64,000 nt of DNA. Source: a virus. The translations under genes and the position numbers were made by a program. Within the stretch, counting starts at the first letter, position 1, and each line of letters begins with the position of its first letter. The notes beneath the pieces were generated by a model. It ran no database searches, was not told where the DNA came from, and saw only the letters and a list, made by a program, of their open reading frames with translations. The DNA is taken from positions 3,996 to 67,995 of IMG/VR virus record IMGVR_UViG_3300043449_001484; one strand, given 5' to 3'. Positions 7,235-17,174 of the stretch are shown in pieces.

Positions 7235-9103
7235 TCATACGGCCTCTCCCCAGCTTTTGCCAATCTCTACATCCACTTTACTGGGTACTTCTAATTTCAC
7301 GGCTGTTTCCATGATGTTGGCGGCTTCCCGGGCCTCCTCCGCATTCTTGACCGACATGGCCACCTCGTCATGCACCTGCAAGAGCAAATGAAAGCCCGCC
7401 TTGTGCAGGGCGACCATTGCCGCCTTGGTCTGGTCCGCCGCAGAACCTTGAATCAGCCGGTTCAAACCCTTGTAGGTGTACGCGCGCTTGACCTGCCTGC
7501 CATACTCAACCACAGCTTGCTCATAAGGCAACGGTTTATTCACGCCCCACTGTCGCGGCTCCCAAAGTGAGAAGCGGCATTTGCGGCCCAGTAAGGTACG
7601 AATCGCGCCCCCGGAAGCCGGGTGGTCTATACGCTGCATCACCGAATTCACCGTGCCCTTCAAGTACGGCACTTTCTTGTGAAAGACCTCCAAGAGCTCA
7701 GACGCCTCGTCCATCTCCATATCTAGGGAGGCGGCGAGTTTGCCTTTGCCCATGCCGTACATGAGCCCCAAACCGATGGTCTTGGCCTGCTTACGCTTGA
7801 TCCCCGCCATGTCCGCGACCATCTGGTGAAAGTCAGTATTGCCGTCCGTGTGGTACGCCTCGACCATCTTCTCTGCCCCCGGCAAATCCAAAAGACTGGC
7901 GTAATGCACCAAGAGCCGTGGTTCTTGAGACGAGAAGTCGCAGCTGGCCCAAAGATCGCCTTCTTCGGGTAGAAAGAGCGAGCGCACTAGGGGTCCGATG
8001 ATTTCATGACGCGCGGGCACTTGCTGGAGGTTTGGGTTGGCCATGGACAGTCGTCCGGTGACCGTGCCCCCTTCATCTGAGCGCAGTTGGTTGACGTGCG
8101 GATGGATGCGTCCGTCGTATTTGGAGAAGTCCAGATAGGGCTGCAGGAACGTGCCGTGAGTCTTGTTTAGCTCCCGTGCTTCCACGATCATTTTGGCCAC
8201 AGGATGCTCACAGGATTCGAGGAAGGATCGGGTGAAGCTTGGTAGGCCCGTCGTGGTCTTAGGGTAAGGCACTTTCAGCTTGTCAAAACCTACGGCAATC
8301 GATGCGGCGGCCCAGATATCCACAGGACTACCGCAAGTGCTGCGAATATCCTTGATCAGTTTGACCTCACGATCTTTGTATTCGGCGATCACGCGCTCTG
8401 CCTTATCTCTATCAAACCGAGTACCACGAAGGGTAAGGTTGATCAGGATGGGCAAAAGCTCTGTTTCGAGGTCAAAGATGTGTTGGACTTCTTCTCGGAC
8501 TATAAGCGGCTTGAATGCCTGCCAGAGTTTTAGAGTAAGCGCAGCGTCCTGTTCGGCGTATTCCCCGACGTACATGGCAGGAAGCTTCCAGAGTTCTTTC
8601 TTAGCGTGTACGCCGAAGTCCCCAGCTGCTTCTTTAAGACCTTGCTCTGATTTGACCTCTTTAAGGTAATCGAAGCCAAGCGCATTGAGGCTGTAGGAGA
8701 AACGGTTTTCGTCAAGAAGCGGGGCGGCGAGCATTGTATCGATAAGCCGTCCGTTAATGGTGAATCCAGAGGATAGTAACCATCCGGCATCATAAGCGGC
8801 GTTGTGCATGACTTTGTCTGCGGGGCTGGCGAGAACCTTTCTAATCCATCGCTCGACAATCCCCTTGTCAAGGTTACCCCCTCCAGCATGAGCCACAGGA
8901 AAATACCCAGACCAACCGTCCACAGCAATGGCATACCCAACAATGTGCCCATCCCGACGAGGCCAGCCGGGACCCATATTCTCCATGTGTGGGTCACAGG
9001 TTTCCAAATCAATTGCAATCTCCTTCGCATCCGACAGATCAGGAAAGTGAGCCGGGGGCACCCATTCGGTCTTTGTGGGAAATAAGGGCAGGTTCTTGTT
9101 CAA
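7235..9103 (-). CDS. polA: Family A DNA polymerase with 3'-5' exonuclease domain
   Basis: ExoI DLET; TVTGRLS; motif A DFSSQEPR; motif B KQAKTIGLGLMYG; motif C QVHDE. Confidence 0.96.
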   Translation of the reverse strand: MNKNLPLFPTKTEWVPPAHFPDLSDAKEIAIDLETCDPHMENMGPGWPRRDGHIVGYAIAVDGWSGYFPVAHAGGGNLDKGIVERWIRKVLASPADKVMHNAAYDAGWLLSSGFTINGRLIDTMLAAPLLDENRFSYSLNALGFDYLKEVKSEQGLKEAAGDFGVHAKKELWKLPAMYVGEYAEQDAALTLKLWQAFKPLIVREEVQHIFDLETELLPILINLTLRGTRFDRDKAERVIAEYKDREVKLIKDIRSTCGSPVDIWAAASIAVGFDKLKVPYPKTTTGLPSFTRSFLESCEHPVAKMIVEARELNKTHGTFLQPYLDFSKYDGRIHPHVNQLRSDEGGTVTGRLSMANPNLQQVPARHEIIGPLVRSLFLPEEGDLWASCDFSSQEPRLLVHYASLLDLPGAEKMVEAYHTDGNTDFHQMVADMAGIKRKQAKTIGLGLMYGMGKGKLAASLDMEMDEASELLEVFHKKVPYLKGTVNSVMQRIDHPASGGAIRTLLGRKCRFSLWEPRQWGVNKPLPYEQAVVEYGRQVKRAYTYKGLNRLIQGSAADQTKAAMVALHKAGFHLLLQVHDEVAMSVKNAEEAREAANIMETAVKLEVPSKVDVEIGKSWGEAV

Positions 9104-11412
9104 ATTCTAAACCCCTTTTCAATATTCTTGGGCATAACAATGTGCAAGGATTGCTTTGCGCGCGTCATGCCAACGTACAACAACCGATTGATGTCGTCCG
9201 AGTTCCGTGCATAGTCGTTTGCAAACTTGGGAGACAGGTCGGTGAGCAATAAGACATTGTCCGCTTCGCCGCCCTTTGCCCCGTGGATCGTGGACAATTT
9301 GATGGGAACCTTGCCTGTTAGCTTCGCACCACGACGCAGAATGGAGATGATGTACTGGCGCTGAGTATCGGATATTTTAGTGAGTACCTTATGCCAGATG
9401 TCGTCAGTCAAAAGCCCGTAGGAGGTTTTTAGTTCCTCCAACGTGTACTCGTTGTTCGGATCGATGTCACGTAGGGTCTTGAATCCGCGTTTGACGTATT
9501 CAACACCTAAGTACTTGTAGATGTTTTTGACCACCGGCATGGGCATGGGCTTGCCTTTGCGCAGCGTCTCCCAGCCCAAAACCGCAGAGAGAATATTCTC
9601 GGAGATGCTCCGTTGTCCGTGGCGCTCGAACATCAGCCCCTGACTCTTCACCCATTCATGCAAGTCGTTGAGCATATAGTTGGTGGAGGCAAGAACCAGC
9701 CATTCGCCATTGGAAATATCAACATGCTCAAAGGCATTGTAGAACTTGACGACACCCTCTTCTTCGCGTGGATGCCATTCTTTTTCTTGTCGGGAATGGA
9801 TGCGCTTGACGACTTTGTTGGCAAGCTCGTGGACTCTTGCAGGTACGCGATAAGACTGCTCCAATACCCTGATCTCACCCTCCAAGGAGAGAAAGGTTTT
9901 CACGTCTGCCCCGGCCCACGTGAATACGCAGTTATGGGTAAGGATATTGTCTGCGAAGTAGTTATGGTGTTTCTCTACCTCAAGCGAGTAGACCGTTTCT
10001 TTCTTCCATTTCTTGCTTAACTTAAAGGAGTTCCACTCTACTTTATCCCCCGCTATAGACGGTATCAGCATTATTTCCGGCATGAGGTTGCATGCCCGAA
10101 CATCAAAAATTTGTGTTCCACCCCTGCGTTTGGAGATCACTGAGCGTTCATAAATAGGAAACTCATAAGAAATGCCTAAATCGTTTAAAAGTTCTAGTGC
10201 ACGAGAATGCGTCGGCAAATTCTTATGAAGTCTATTTAAGGCCTTTTGGAAAACAGGCTCAAGGGTTTTAAACACTGTTTGGGGTATCCCATAAGTGTAT
10301 GACAGGTAGTTTTCCCAAAAGAAAGTGTCTTCAGAGTGGTCCACAAGTTTAAGAAACCACATCTTGTCTACTTGTTCTCCGTATGCCCTCACCCAAGCGT
10401 GAACGCATCCATCTGCCCGAAACAGCTGACATTGCCCAATGCGAAAGTTTTCGCCACGCTGCATTAAATAAACTACTCTGTAGTTCATTAAATCTTTTAC
10501 TGGCTTCCAACGAACAATACAACGGTGGTTATCGGTGTAGCTCGACTTATTCCCACGCGTAGTGACTGTGTTGATAAAGCCCTCATATGTTCTAGCGGCT
10601 TTTTTAAAGGAATATCCCGCCTTTTTTCCTACTACAGATGCCCCACCACGGTCATAGCAAATCACCCTATCCGTACGTGGGTTTAGTTTCTCAATTGCTA
10701 CTTCTCCCCGCGTGGTTAAAACACGTGTTCCTGCTGGCTGGCACTGGTCGTCATCTCCGGCTATGTACATGTTATTACTCCTTTCGGCTAAGGCATGGAC
10801 AATTCCCCATTGTAGCCTAGAAAGGTCCTGCGCCTCGTCAATGATCACCGTCTCCAGTTTCGGCAAATAATCAGGCTCATAAATAATCTGCTGCAGGAGA
10901 TCGGTGAAATCCATCAGATTGCGGGCATCTTTGAAATGACGATACGCGCGCTCAACATACTCGAAGTGAAACCATTCAATGCGAATGGACGAGTGGTTGT
11001 AGTGCGTGCGCAGGTCTACCCCACGGATACGAGCGATGTTGATCTCGTTCAGAATAGGATTGTCCGTGTGGACGATGAACTCCTCTTCACCGGTATCCAC
11101 ACTCATCTCAAGCCCTGCCTCTCGGGCAAACTCTCGATAATGCTCAGGCTTCATGATCTCGCTGTTAGACACTCGCAGGCATCGATACGCGAGACTGTGC
11201 AACGTGCGAAACCACGGGAAGTCCGTCTCCCCGTTGAGGTGATTAAACTTGGCGATGGCACGATCTTTTGCCTCGGTTGCCGCTTTGCGTGTAAAGGCAA
11301 AGTAGCCGATGGCGTTTGATGGCACACCTGCTTCAAGTTCTTTCTCAACGAGGTTCAGAAGGTGAGTAGTCTTGCCTGAGCCCGGGGGACCGAATATCTT
11401 ATGAATCTTCAT
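9100..11412 (-). CDS. UvrD/Rep-like SF1 helicase containing an intein
   Basis: GPPGSGKT, IIDEAQD, AGDDDQ, QSYR, STIHGAKGGEAD, YVGMTRAK; start placed at MKIHK. Confidence 0.92.
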   Translation of the reverse strand: MKIHKIFGPPGSGKTTHLLNLVEKELEAGVPSNAIGYFAFTRKAATEAKDRAIAKFNHLNGETDFPWFRTLHSLAYRCLRVSNSEIMKPEHYREFAREAGLEMSVDTGEEEFIVHTDNPILNEINIARIRGVDLRTHYNHSSIRIEWFHFEYVERAYRHFKDARNLMDFTDLLQQIIYEPDYLPKLETVIIDEAQDLSRLQWGIVHALAERSNNMYIAGDDDQCQPAGTRVLTTRGEVAIEKLNPRTDRVICYDRGGASVVGKKAGYSFKKAARTYEGFINTVTTRGNKSSYTDNHRCIVRWKPVKDLMNYRVVYLMQRGENFRIGQCQLFRADGCVHAWVRAYGEQVDKMWFLKLVDHSEDTFFWENYLSYTYGIPQTVFKTLEPVFQKALNRLHKNLPTHSRALELLNDLGISYEFPIYERSVISKRRGGTQIFDVRACNLMPEIMLIPSIAGDKVEWNSFKLSKKWKKETVYSLEVEKHHNYFADNILTHNCVFTWAGADVKTFLSLEGEIRVLEQSYRVPARVHELANKVVKRIHSRQEKEWHPREEEGVVKFYNAFEHVDISNGEWLVLASTNYMLNDLHEWVKSQGLMFERHGQRSISENILSAVLGWETLRKGKPMPMPVVKNIYKYLGVEYVKRGFKTLRDIDPNNEYTLEELKTSYGLLTDDIWHKVLTKISDTQRQYIISILRRGAKLTGKVPIKLSTIHGAKGGEADNVLLLTDLSPKFANDYARNSDDINRLLYVGMTRAKQSLHIVMPKNIEKGFRI
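9931..10743 (-). mobile_element. Intein (271 aa) in helicase motif III
   Basis: GDDDQ|CQPAGTRV...TDNH...VYSLEVEKHHNYFADNILTHN|CVF: Cys1, block B TxxH, His-Asn end, +1 Cys; lower GC than its flanks. Confidence 0.92.
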
Positions 11413-11647
11413 CGTCGTCGTGCACGCGCCAGAGAATGATGGGCTGAGTGTCGCCTGCATATTTGAAGACAAACTCGCGCTCGATATACTCGGCAGCTTC
11501 ATCCTCTCCCATACTCTCTTCTTGAATGAGGTACTTGATCATTTCGATGCCGTCGTAAACCAGACGCTCGACCAACTGATCACCATGCCACGTGCTGCAA
11601 ATACCTAGTTCAGCTTGTTTGAATTTATTGAGTTCTAGGATATCCAT
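11399..11647 (-). CDS. Conserved small phage protein
   Basis: LVYD...AAEYIE...YAGDTQPII pattern. Confidence 0.7.
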   Translation of the reverse strand: MDILELNKFKQAELGICSTWHGDQLVERLVYDGIEMIKYLIQEESMGEDEAAEYIEREFVFKYAGDTQPIILWRVHDDDEDS

Positions 11648-13176
11648 TAGAACGGCGCTCCTTTCTGTTCGTGGGTTTCAAAGGGTGACTCTTGACGCGT
11701 GAAGCGTGGTACTCGCCACGCCCTTATTGCTCGACCTTTCAAGAACATGGATATAGGCTCTCCTCCGATGTCACGAATCTTTTGCGCCATGCGAGGAGCA
11801 GAGAGTCCGTTGAAGGAAGAGCGCTTTAAGTGTGCTTCAAGATCCTTCATGCGGAAGTAAACACGTCCTTCTTCTTCGTCCACCCACGGTCTGCCCATGA
11901 GCATTTCTTCACGGTCCATTGCTTGTTGCAGATGGGTAGTGAATTCTTCCAAGAGATCAGTGAAGCGACCGCTGTAGCTGGTGTCTTCAGGTGCATCTTG
12001 TATCTGCTCGAGTTCGACCATTTCTCGCAGCAAGCCGTTTAAAAAACTCTCCCAATCCTGTTTGCGCAACGTAGGAGGAAGAACATTTAGCCGTTCTACA
12101 CAAGCTTTTTGAAAGGCTGGTTGATTAAATAGCTGATCTGTGTCGAGTTCTACACGACGGCCATTGACATCCAAGAACCACAACGGTGGCTCAGAGTTGT
12201 ATTTGGAGAGGCTGGAGATTTTTGGTGCGTCAGGGCCGTCCGCACCAATGCCGTGTTTGCGTGTGCGGCAAAGCCCAGCATTGCAGAAAGAGTTTAATGG
12301 TGCGTCTTTGCACTTGTACTTGTAGTCCTTCTTGTGCAGCTGCTTTGTGATTACCTGAAGCTCGTTCATGGGCAGAGGTGGGCCCATATACTTCAGGTTG
12401 TATTCCATCAGCTTATCTTCCCAGTTGCTGCTGTTGGCTTTTTTCAGGTAGATCGCGATATTAAATAAGCCGTTGTTGCGAGTGCCTTCCGGAAATCCCT
12501 GATTGCAAAGCGCCTGTAAGCACGGGGGACCGTCCTTGATTGGTGTATCTGCATCTTTCTTTTCCTCTTCCGGATGAACGAGCGGCAATGCTTGTACGTG
12601 CTGTTCGTAAAGCCCGTAGAATTGATCAAGTGTGGCAGCCGTGCCATCATCATTGATCGCGTAGCGCAGGGTTTCATCGCCCCCGAAATACGGAAGGTTA
12701 AGGAAGTTACCCGTGTCACCGCGTTCAACAAGAACTTCAGTTTGCTTCGGAAATATTTCACGTCCACTTTCTCCCAGTATGCTTGCACAAGTCGTGAGGT
12801 ATCGTTGCATCTCCGCAGCCGGGATGCATTCTTTTACAAACAAAAACACATGAGCGCCGCCCGACTTACTACGGCAGACAACCAGCGGAAGCTTTAACCG
12901 ACGAACCTTCTCCACCAACCCCTTATGGTCGAGAGGATACTGGTCAATATCGATACAACCCCATATGCAGCTATTGTCAGGACGAATAGGAATGATGCCA
13001 AGAGAAGGCTCAACGCCCTGAAGATGAGCAATCCAAAGGTCATCTGTCGGGGGCTTCCTAACGACAACTGCTTTTCCCGCTTGTTTGCCATTGTCTTTTG
13101 CTCGCTCTATTCTGTATGTTCCATAGGCGATATCTGACCCTTCAAATATCGACTTGAACTTTGCGATGTCAGTCAT
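11647..13176 (-). CDS. AEP-family primase with PriCT-like domain
   Basis: WGCIDID, RSKSGGAH, GNFLNLPY, PPCL...EGTRNN. Confidence 0.85.
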   Translation of the reverse strand: MTDIAKFKSIFEGSDIAYGTYRIERAKDNGKQAGKAVVVRKPPTDDLWIAHLQGVEPSLGIIPIRPDNSCIWGCIDIDQYPLDHKGLVEKVRRLKLPLVVCRSKSGGAHVFLFVKECIPAAEMQRYLTTCASILGESGREIFPKQTEVLVERGDTGNFLNLPYFGGDETLRYAINDDGTAATLDQFYGLYEQHVQALPLVHPEEEKKDADTPIKDGPPCLQALCNQGFPEGTRNNGLFNIAIYLKKANSSNWEDKLMEYNLKYMGPPLPMNELQVITKQLHKKDYKYKCKDAPLNSFCNAGLCRTRKHGIGADGPDAPKISSLSKYNSEPPLWFLDVNGRRVELDTDQLFNQPAFQKACVERLNVLPPTLRKQDWESFLNGLLREMVELEQIQDAPEDTSYSGRFTDLLEEFTTHLQQAMDREEMLMGRPWVDEEEGRVYFRMKDLEAHLKRSSFNGLSAPRMAQKIRDIGGEPISMFLKGRAIRAWRVPRFTRQESPFETHEQKGAPF

Positions 13177-13190
13177 TTCTGCTTTCTTGA

Positions 13191-13226
13191 AAGAAAAGGG
13201 CCCTACTCCCTTACGGTTTCGGGCCC
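13191..13226 (-). terminator. Terminator/attenuator hairpin with a loop-E-like internal loop
   Basis: GGGCCC-GAAA-CC-GUAA-GG-GAGUA-GGGCCC-UUUUCUUU. Confidence 0.65.
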
Positions 13227-13232
13227 GTCAAT

Positions 13233-14003
13233 TTAGAAAGGGTTTGCGGTTGCAGCGGCCCCGTGATCATCGCTTTGACGCACATTCACGTCACCTGCGT
13301 TGATTGAGCTCGCAAATTGCTTTGCTGCGACATAAACTGCATCGTTTTCCACGGTCCCTATACGCTCCACTTCCCAGCCGAACCATTGTCCTTTGTCATT
13401 AGATTCTTTGACAGTGGTCAGACGGTAAACCTGAGAGTACATGGGAGGCGTAAACAGACCGTTTTTGCCTTGCAGTTTGACTGACATCATCATGCTATTC
13501 CACTTGCGGCTCTTTTTGAGCTGGGTAGACTTCATGATAATTAGCGCAGGATGCGGCACTTCATTCTCGTCCAAGATCATGACGTAGTGGTTCGCCGTGT
13601 TCTCGATGTAGTTGCCATTGTCCAAGTAGTCACGTGACTCCCCGGGTTCGCGATGCGTTTTGGAGAGGATGTCGCTAGTACTGGGGTAATAAGCTACAGG
13701 TGCGCCAGAGCCACTGCCACGCGGTGCCCACTCAATGTATTGCCTGACGTAGGCACAGGGGACGACCAGAATACCCTTCTTGCCATCGAAGAGTTCCCCT
13801 GTAACGCTGTTGTAGATCATACCCGGCATTGCGCCGTCAATTGAGCCAACTTCTGGCGAGGTGTTGGTCAGGAGACGGAGAAACGGAAGCGCAAAGTCTT
13901 CCTGATTCATGCCAGAGAAACCGGACTGCGCATCCTCTTCAAAATGGTTCGCCAGTGCAAGTGCGCCGTTTGTCTTTACCTGTGCAACTTCTGCTTTAGC
14001 CAT
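13233..14003 (-). CDS. Putative ssDNA-binding/recombination protein
   Basis: Replication-module position; MKSTQLKKSRKWNS family motif; C-terminal PF. Confidence 0.65.
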   Translation of the reverse strand: MAKAEVAQVKTNGALALANHFEEDAQSGFSGMNQEDFALPFLRLLTNTSPEVGSIDGAMPGMIYNSVTGELFDGKKGILVVPCAYVRQYIEWAPRGSGSGAPVAYYPSTSDILSKTHREPGESRDYLDNGNYIENTANHYVMILDENEVPHPALIIMKSTQLKKSRKWNSMMMSVKLQGKNGLFTPPMYSQVYRLTTVKESNDKGQWFGWEVERIGTVENDAVYVAAKQFASSINAGDVNVRQSDDHGAAATANPF

Positions 14004-14030
14004 GATTAATGGTCCTTTCTTCGTGTGTCG

Positions 14031-14585
14031 TTAAACGGATTTGATTGTCGCTTTTTGGCCTATGTAAGCGCCGAACAACTCAGATGGGAATTCGCGACCC
14101 TTCTCCACCTGTTCCTTGACCCATGCTTTTAGCGTCATGGGTTCAACCTTTTCTGCTTGCTCAACTGGGTAACCTGCGCTGCGCAAAGTTTGTACAGCTT
14201 GTGCGCACAGTGCTTCTTCACCGCGACCGAAGCGAACAGAAATGGTATTTTTGATGATGTCGTCATAGCCGTTCTCACGCAGCCATTGGAAGGCTTCTGA
14301 GCGACGTGCTTCGGTGATTGACGCACTGTAGAACGCCTTGACTTCGATGGACGAGCCATCTTCCATACGAAAACTTTTCATTCCTAAGCTGGTCAATGCT
14401 TCGGGAATAGCTTCTTCAGTAAGCTTGCGATACTGCTCTTTACGAAGTTTCAACTCAGCCTCGTAATCCTCAATCTCTTTTTCGAGAGCTTTCGCACGAC
14501 GCGCCATTTGTGAGACACCTTGCAAGTCATTGTCTGCGACTTGTAGTGCTGTTGCGTCTTGTTCAAATATATTCGTCAAACTCAT
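14031..14585 (-). CDS. Conserved phage replication-module protein
   Basis: Coiled coil, then AFQWLRENGYDDIIK and VEPMTLKAWVKE motifs; start at MSLTN. Confidence 0.7.
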   Translation of the reverse strand: MSLTNIFEQDATALQVADNDLQGVSQMARRAKALEKEIEDYEAELKLRKEQYRKLTEEAIPEALTSLGMKSFRMEDGSSIEVKAFYSASITEARRSEAFQWLRENGYDDIIKNTISVRFGRGEEALCAQAVQTLRSAGYPVEQAEKVEPMTLKAWVKEQVEKGREFPSELFGAYIGQKATIKSV

Positions 14586-14916
14586 GTATTTCTCCTTTCT
14601 TGAATGCATTATTAAAATCCATCTGAATCGGGATGTACCGCCTTTCTCTCTTGTCCCACTTCAAGCATTTGAAACGTCCATTGTTCTTTTGTGCGGCAAT
14701 AACAGAAACAATGGCCATGGCGGTGGGATCGCCAATGAACAGAAGGTAGTCGTCATCGTTGAAGTTTTCAAGTACACGATACGCTCTACGAATTGTGGGT
14801 GTAACAGAGAAAGCCACCTGCGCGTTTGGCGGCAGGATAGTGACGATATCCCCGAAGTCCAGAGCACTGCTGATATTGTGCTGCGAAGTTTCGGAAACAG
14901 CATAGACTGTAGGCAC
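14563..14916 (-). CDS. Conserved hypothetical protein
   Basis: DYLLFIGDP...LKWD...Y motif; AGGAG RBS. Confidence 0.7.
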   Translation of the reverse strand: MPTVYAVSETSQHNISSALDFGDIVTILPPNAQVAFSVTPTIRRAYRVLENFNDDDYLLFIGDPTAMAIVSVIAAQKNNGRFKCLKWDKRERRYIPIQMDFNNAFKKGEIHEFDEYI

Positions 14917-14944
14917 TCCATTTCTCCTTTCTAAGATCGAGCAA

Positions 14945-14976
14945 TCAGTATATACTCAGCTTTCGGGAATTTGCAA
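14945..14976. promoter_or_regulatory. Divergent promoter region
   Basis: Lies between divergent genes; minus-strand TTGCAA with a TATA(C/T)-like -10; palindrome AGTATATACT. Confidence 0.45.
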
Positions 14977-15000
14977 CCCCCTTTAGAAAGAGAGATTGAT

Positions 15001-16452
15001 ATGGATGAATTTTTGCAACGATACCCCTATAAAAATAAGCCCTTCCTACATCAAGAGGCTTATTTAACTCGCTTTTGGAGTAAGCAAGTGGCCGCTCTCT
15101 TTTCAGAGATGGGCACAGGTAAGAGTTTCATGTTGATCAACAATCTGGCTATGTTGTATGACCAAGGTCAGGTAAATGCAGCGTTGATCGTGGCTCCTAA
15201 AGGTGTCTACAGAAACTGGATGGACACAGAGATACCCAAACACATGCCAGAACACATTGTGTACCGCATGGCGCTTTGGACACCCTCCCCCAAAAAAGCA
15301 GAACAACAGGCCTTGGATAATCTGTTTGAGATCACAGAGGATTTGAAAATCCTGATCATGAACATTGAAGCTTTATCCACTGATAAAGGCGTGAAATTTG
15401 CTAGTAGGTACTTACTTGCTCATGACGCATTTATGGCAATTGATGAGTCAACGACCATCAAAACCCACACTGCGGCACGGGCAAAGAATGCTGCCAAAAT
15501 CGGTAAACAGGCCAAGTACAAACGTATTTTGACGGGTTCGCCTGTGACAAAAAATCCTTTAGACCTGTTCCAGCAGTGCGTGTTCCTTGATCCGCGATGC
15601 TTGGGTCATGATAGCTTTTACACGTTTCAGGCCCGGTATGCGGTGATGCAGGAGCGGCAGCTGGCGACCCATAGCTTTAAGCAGATTCTGGGCTTTCGGC
15701 ATTTGGAGGAGTTGCGCGACAAGCTGGATAAGTTCAGCTTTAGGGTGACGAAGGACGAGTGTTTGGACCTGCCGGAAAAGCTTTACGCCAAGCGGGAGGT
15801 GGATCTAACCGAGGAGCAGGCTAAGGCGTACAAGGAGATGCGGCTGATGGCGCTGGCCCTGTTCAAGGAAGGCGAGGTGTCTACGGTGAACGCCTTGACC
15901 CAGATCATGCGACTGCATCAGATCGTCTGTGGCCATGTGAAGCTGGACAACGGCGACGTGCTGGACTTACCAAATAACCGGATCAAGGAATTGATGAGCA
16001 TTGTCGAGGAGTCCGACGGCAAGATGATTATTTGGGCTAATTACCGGCACGACATTGAGGCGATCCGGATGGCGCTGTCCTCGGTCTACGGCATGAACTC
16101 GGCGGCGGCATATTACGGAGATACGGAGACAAACCGGCGACAGGAGATCGTCAACGAATTCCAAGATCCGAACAGTCCTTTGCGCTTTTTTGTCGGAAAC
16201 CCAACTACGGGGGGCTACGGCTTGACCTTGACCGCTGCCAACCTTGTCGTTTATTACAGCAACAGCTTTGACTTGGAAAAGCGTCTGCAGTCGGAAGACC
16301 GGGCGCACCGCATTGGCCAGTCCAAAAACGTGACGTATATCGACTTGATCTGCCCCGGCACGGTGGATGAGAAGATTGTCAAGGCGCTAAGAGACAAGAT
16401 AAATATTGCCAATCAGGTGATGGGAGAGGAGTTAAAACAATGGCTTATTTAA
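15001..16452 (+). CDS. SNF2-family helicase
   Basis: EMGTGKS, IDES, LTGSP, GGYGLTLT, QSEDRAHRIGQ. Confidence 0.93.
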   Translation: MDEFLQRYPYKNKPFLHQEAYLTRFWSKQVAALFSEMGTGKSFMLINNLAMLYDQGQVNAALIVAPKGVYRNWMDTEIPKHMPEHIVYRMALWTPSPKKAEQQALDNLFEITEDLKILIMNIEALSTDKGVKFASRYLLAHDAFMAIDESTTIKTHTAARAKNAAKIGKQAKYKRILTGSPVTKNPLDLFQQCVFLDPRCLGHDSFYTFQARYAVMQERQLATHSFKQILGFRHLEELRDKLDKFSFRVTKDECLDLPEKLYAKREVDLTEEQAKAYKEMRLMALALFKEGEVSTVNALTQIMRLHQIVCGHVKLDNGDVLDLPNNRIKELMSIVEESDGKMIIWANYRHDIEAIRMALSSVYGMNSAAAYYGDTETNRRQEIVNEFQDPNSPLRFFVGNPTTGGYGLTLTAANLVVYYSNSFDLEKRLQSEDRAHRIGQSKNVTYIDLICPGTVDEKIVKALRDKINIANQVMGEELKQWLI

Positions 16453-17174
16453 TCCCTAAAAAAGACTTGTACGTTTACGAGCCCCTAGAGCGGATCGATT
16501 CACCCACGGGGCGCACCTACCGTCGGGGAGACGACGCGCCTGTGTCCAGTGTGACTACCATTCTTGACCAGACGAAAGATAAGCGCACCTTGGACGCGTG
16601 GGTGGCGCGTGTTGGAGAGGCAGAAGCGGAGCGCATTAAGATGGAAGCCGCTCGCACAGGCACGGCAATGCACTTGGCTATAGAGTGTTTTCTTGATAGT
16701 AAGCGATTACACCCACCGGAAGACTGGTTGCAGGCTCGCGGGTATGAGATGGGCTACCGGTTAATCAACAAGCACTTCTCCTCTTTAGAAGAGGTCTGGG
16801 GGCTTGAAGCACCGCTTTACTATCCCGGCAAGTACGCAGGCACAACGGATTTGGTGGGTTTATGGCGTGGAAAACCTGCCATTATTGACTTTAAACAAAG
16901 CCTAAAGCCCAAGCGCTATGAGTGGATCACGGATTATTTCCACCAATTATCGGCCTACGCTATGGCGCATGACGCCACATACGGCACCAATATTGATTAC
17001 GCGGTGATTTTGGTAGCGGTGCAGGATGGAACAACGCAGGAATTCACGACCACGGGCCGCGAATTCGAGCGTCAAAAGAAGGAATGGATGGCGAGGGTAG
17101 AAGATTTCCTCGCCAAGAAGGCTACTGAATCGTCGTATCAAACGGGAACAGACGCTTCAACATCTCCCGGCTAG
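16440..17174 (+). CDS. PD-(D/E)XK exonuclease (MGME1/Cas4-like)
   Basis: SVTTIL, GTAMH, YAGTTD, IIDFKQS, QLSAYA. Confidence 0.88.
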   Translation: MAYLIPKKDLYVYEPLERIDSPTGRTYRRGDDAPVSSVTTILDQTKDKRTLDAWVARVGEAEAERIKMEAARTGTAMHLAIECFLDSKRLHPPEDWLQARGYEMGYRLINKHFSSLEEVWGLEAPLYYPGKYAGTTDLVGLWRGKPAIIDFKQSLKPKRYEWITDYFHQLSAYAMAHDATYGTNIDYAVILVAVQDGTTQEFTTTGREFERQKKEWMARVEDFLAKKATESSYQTGTDASTSPG

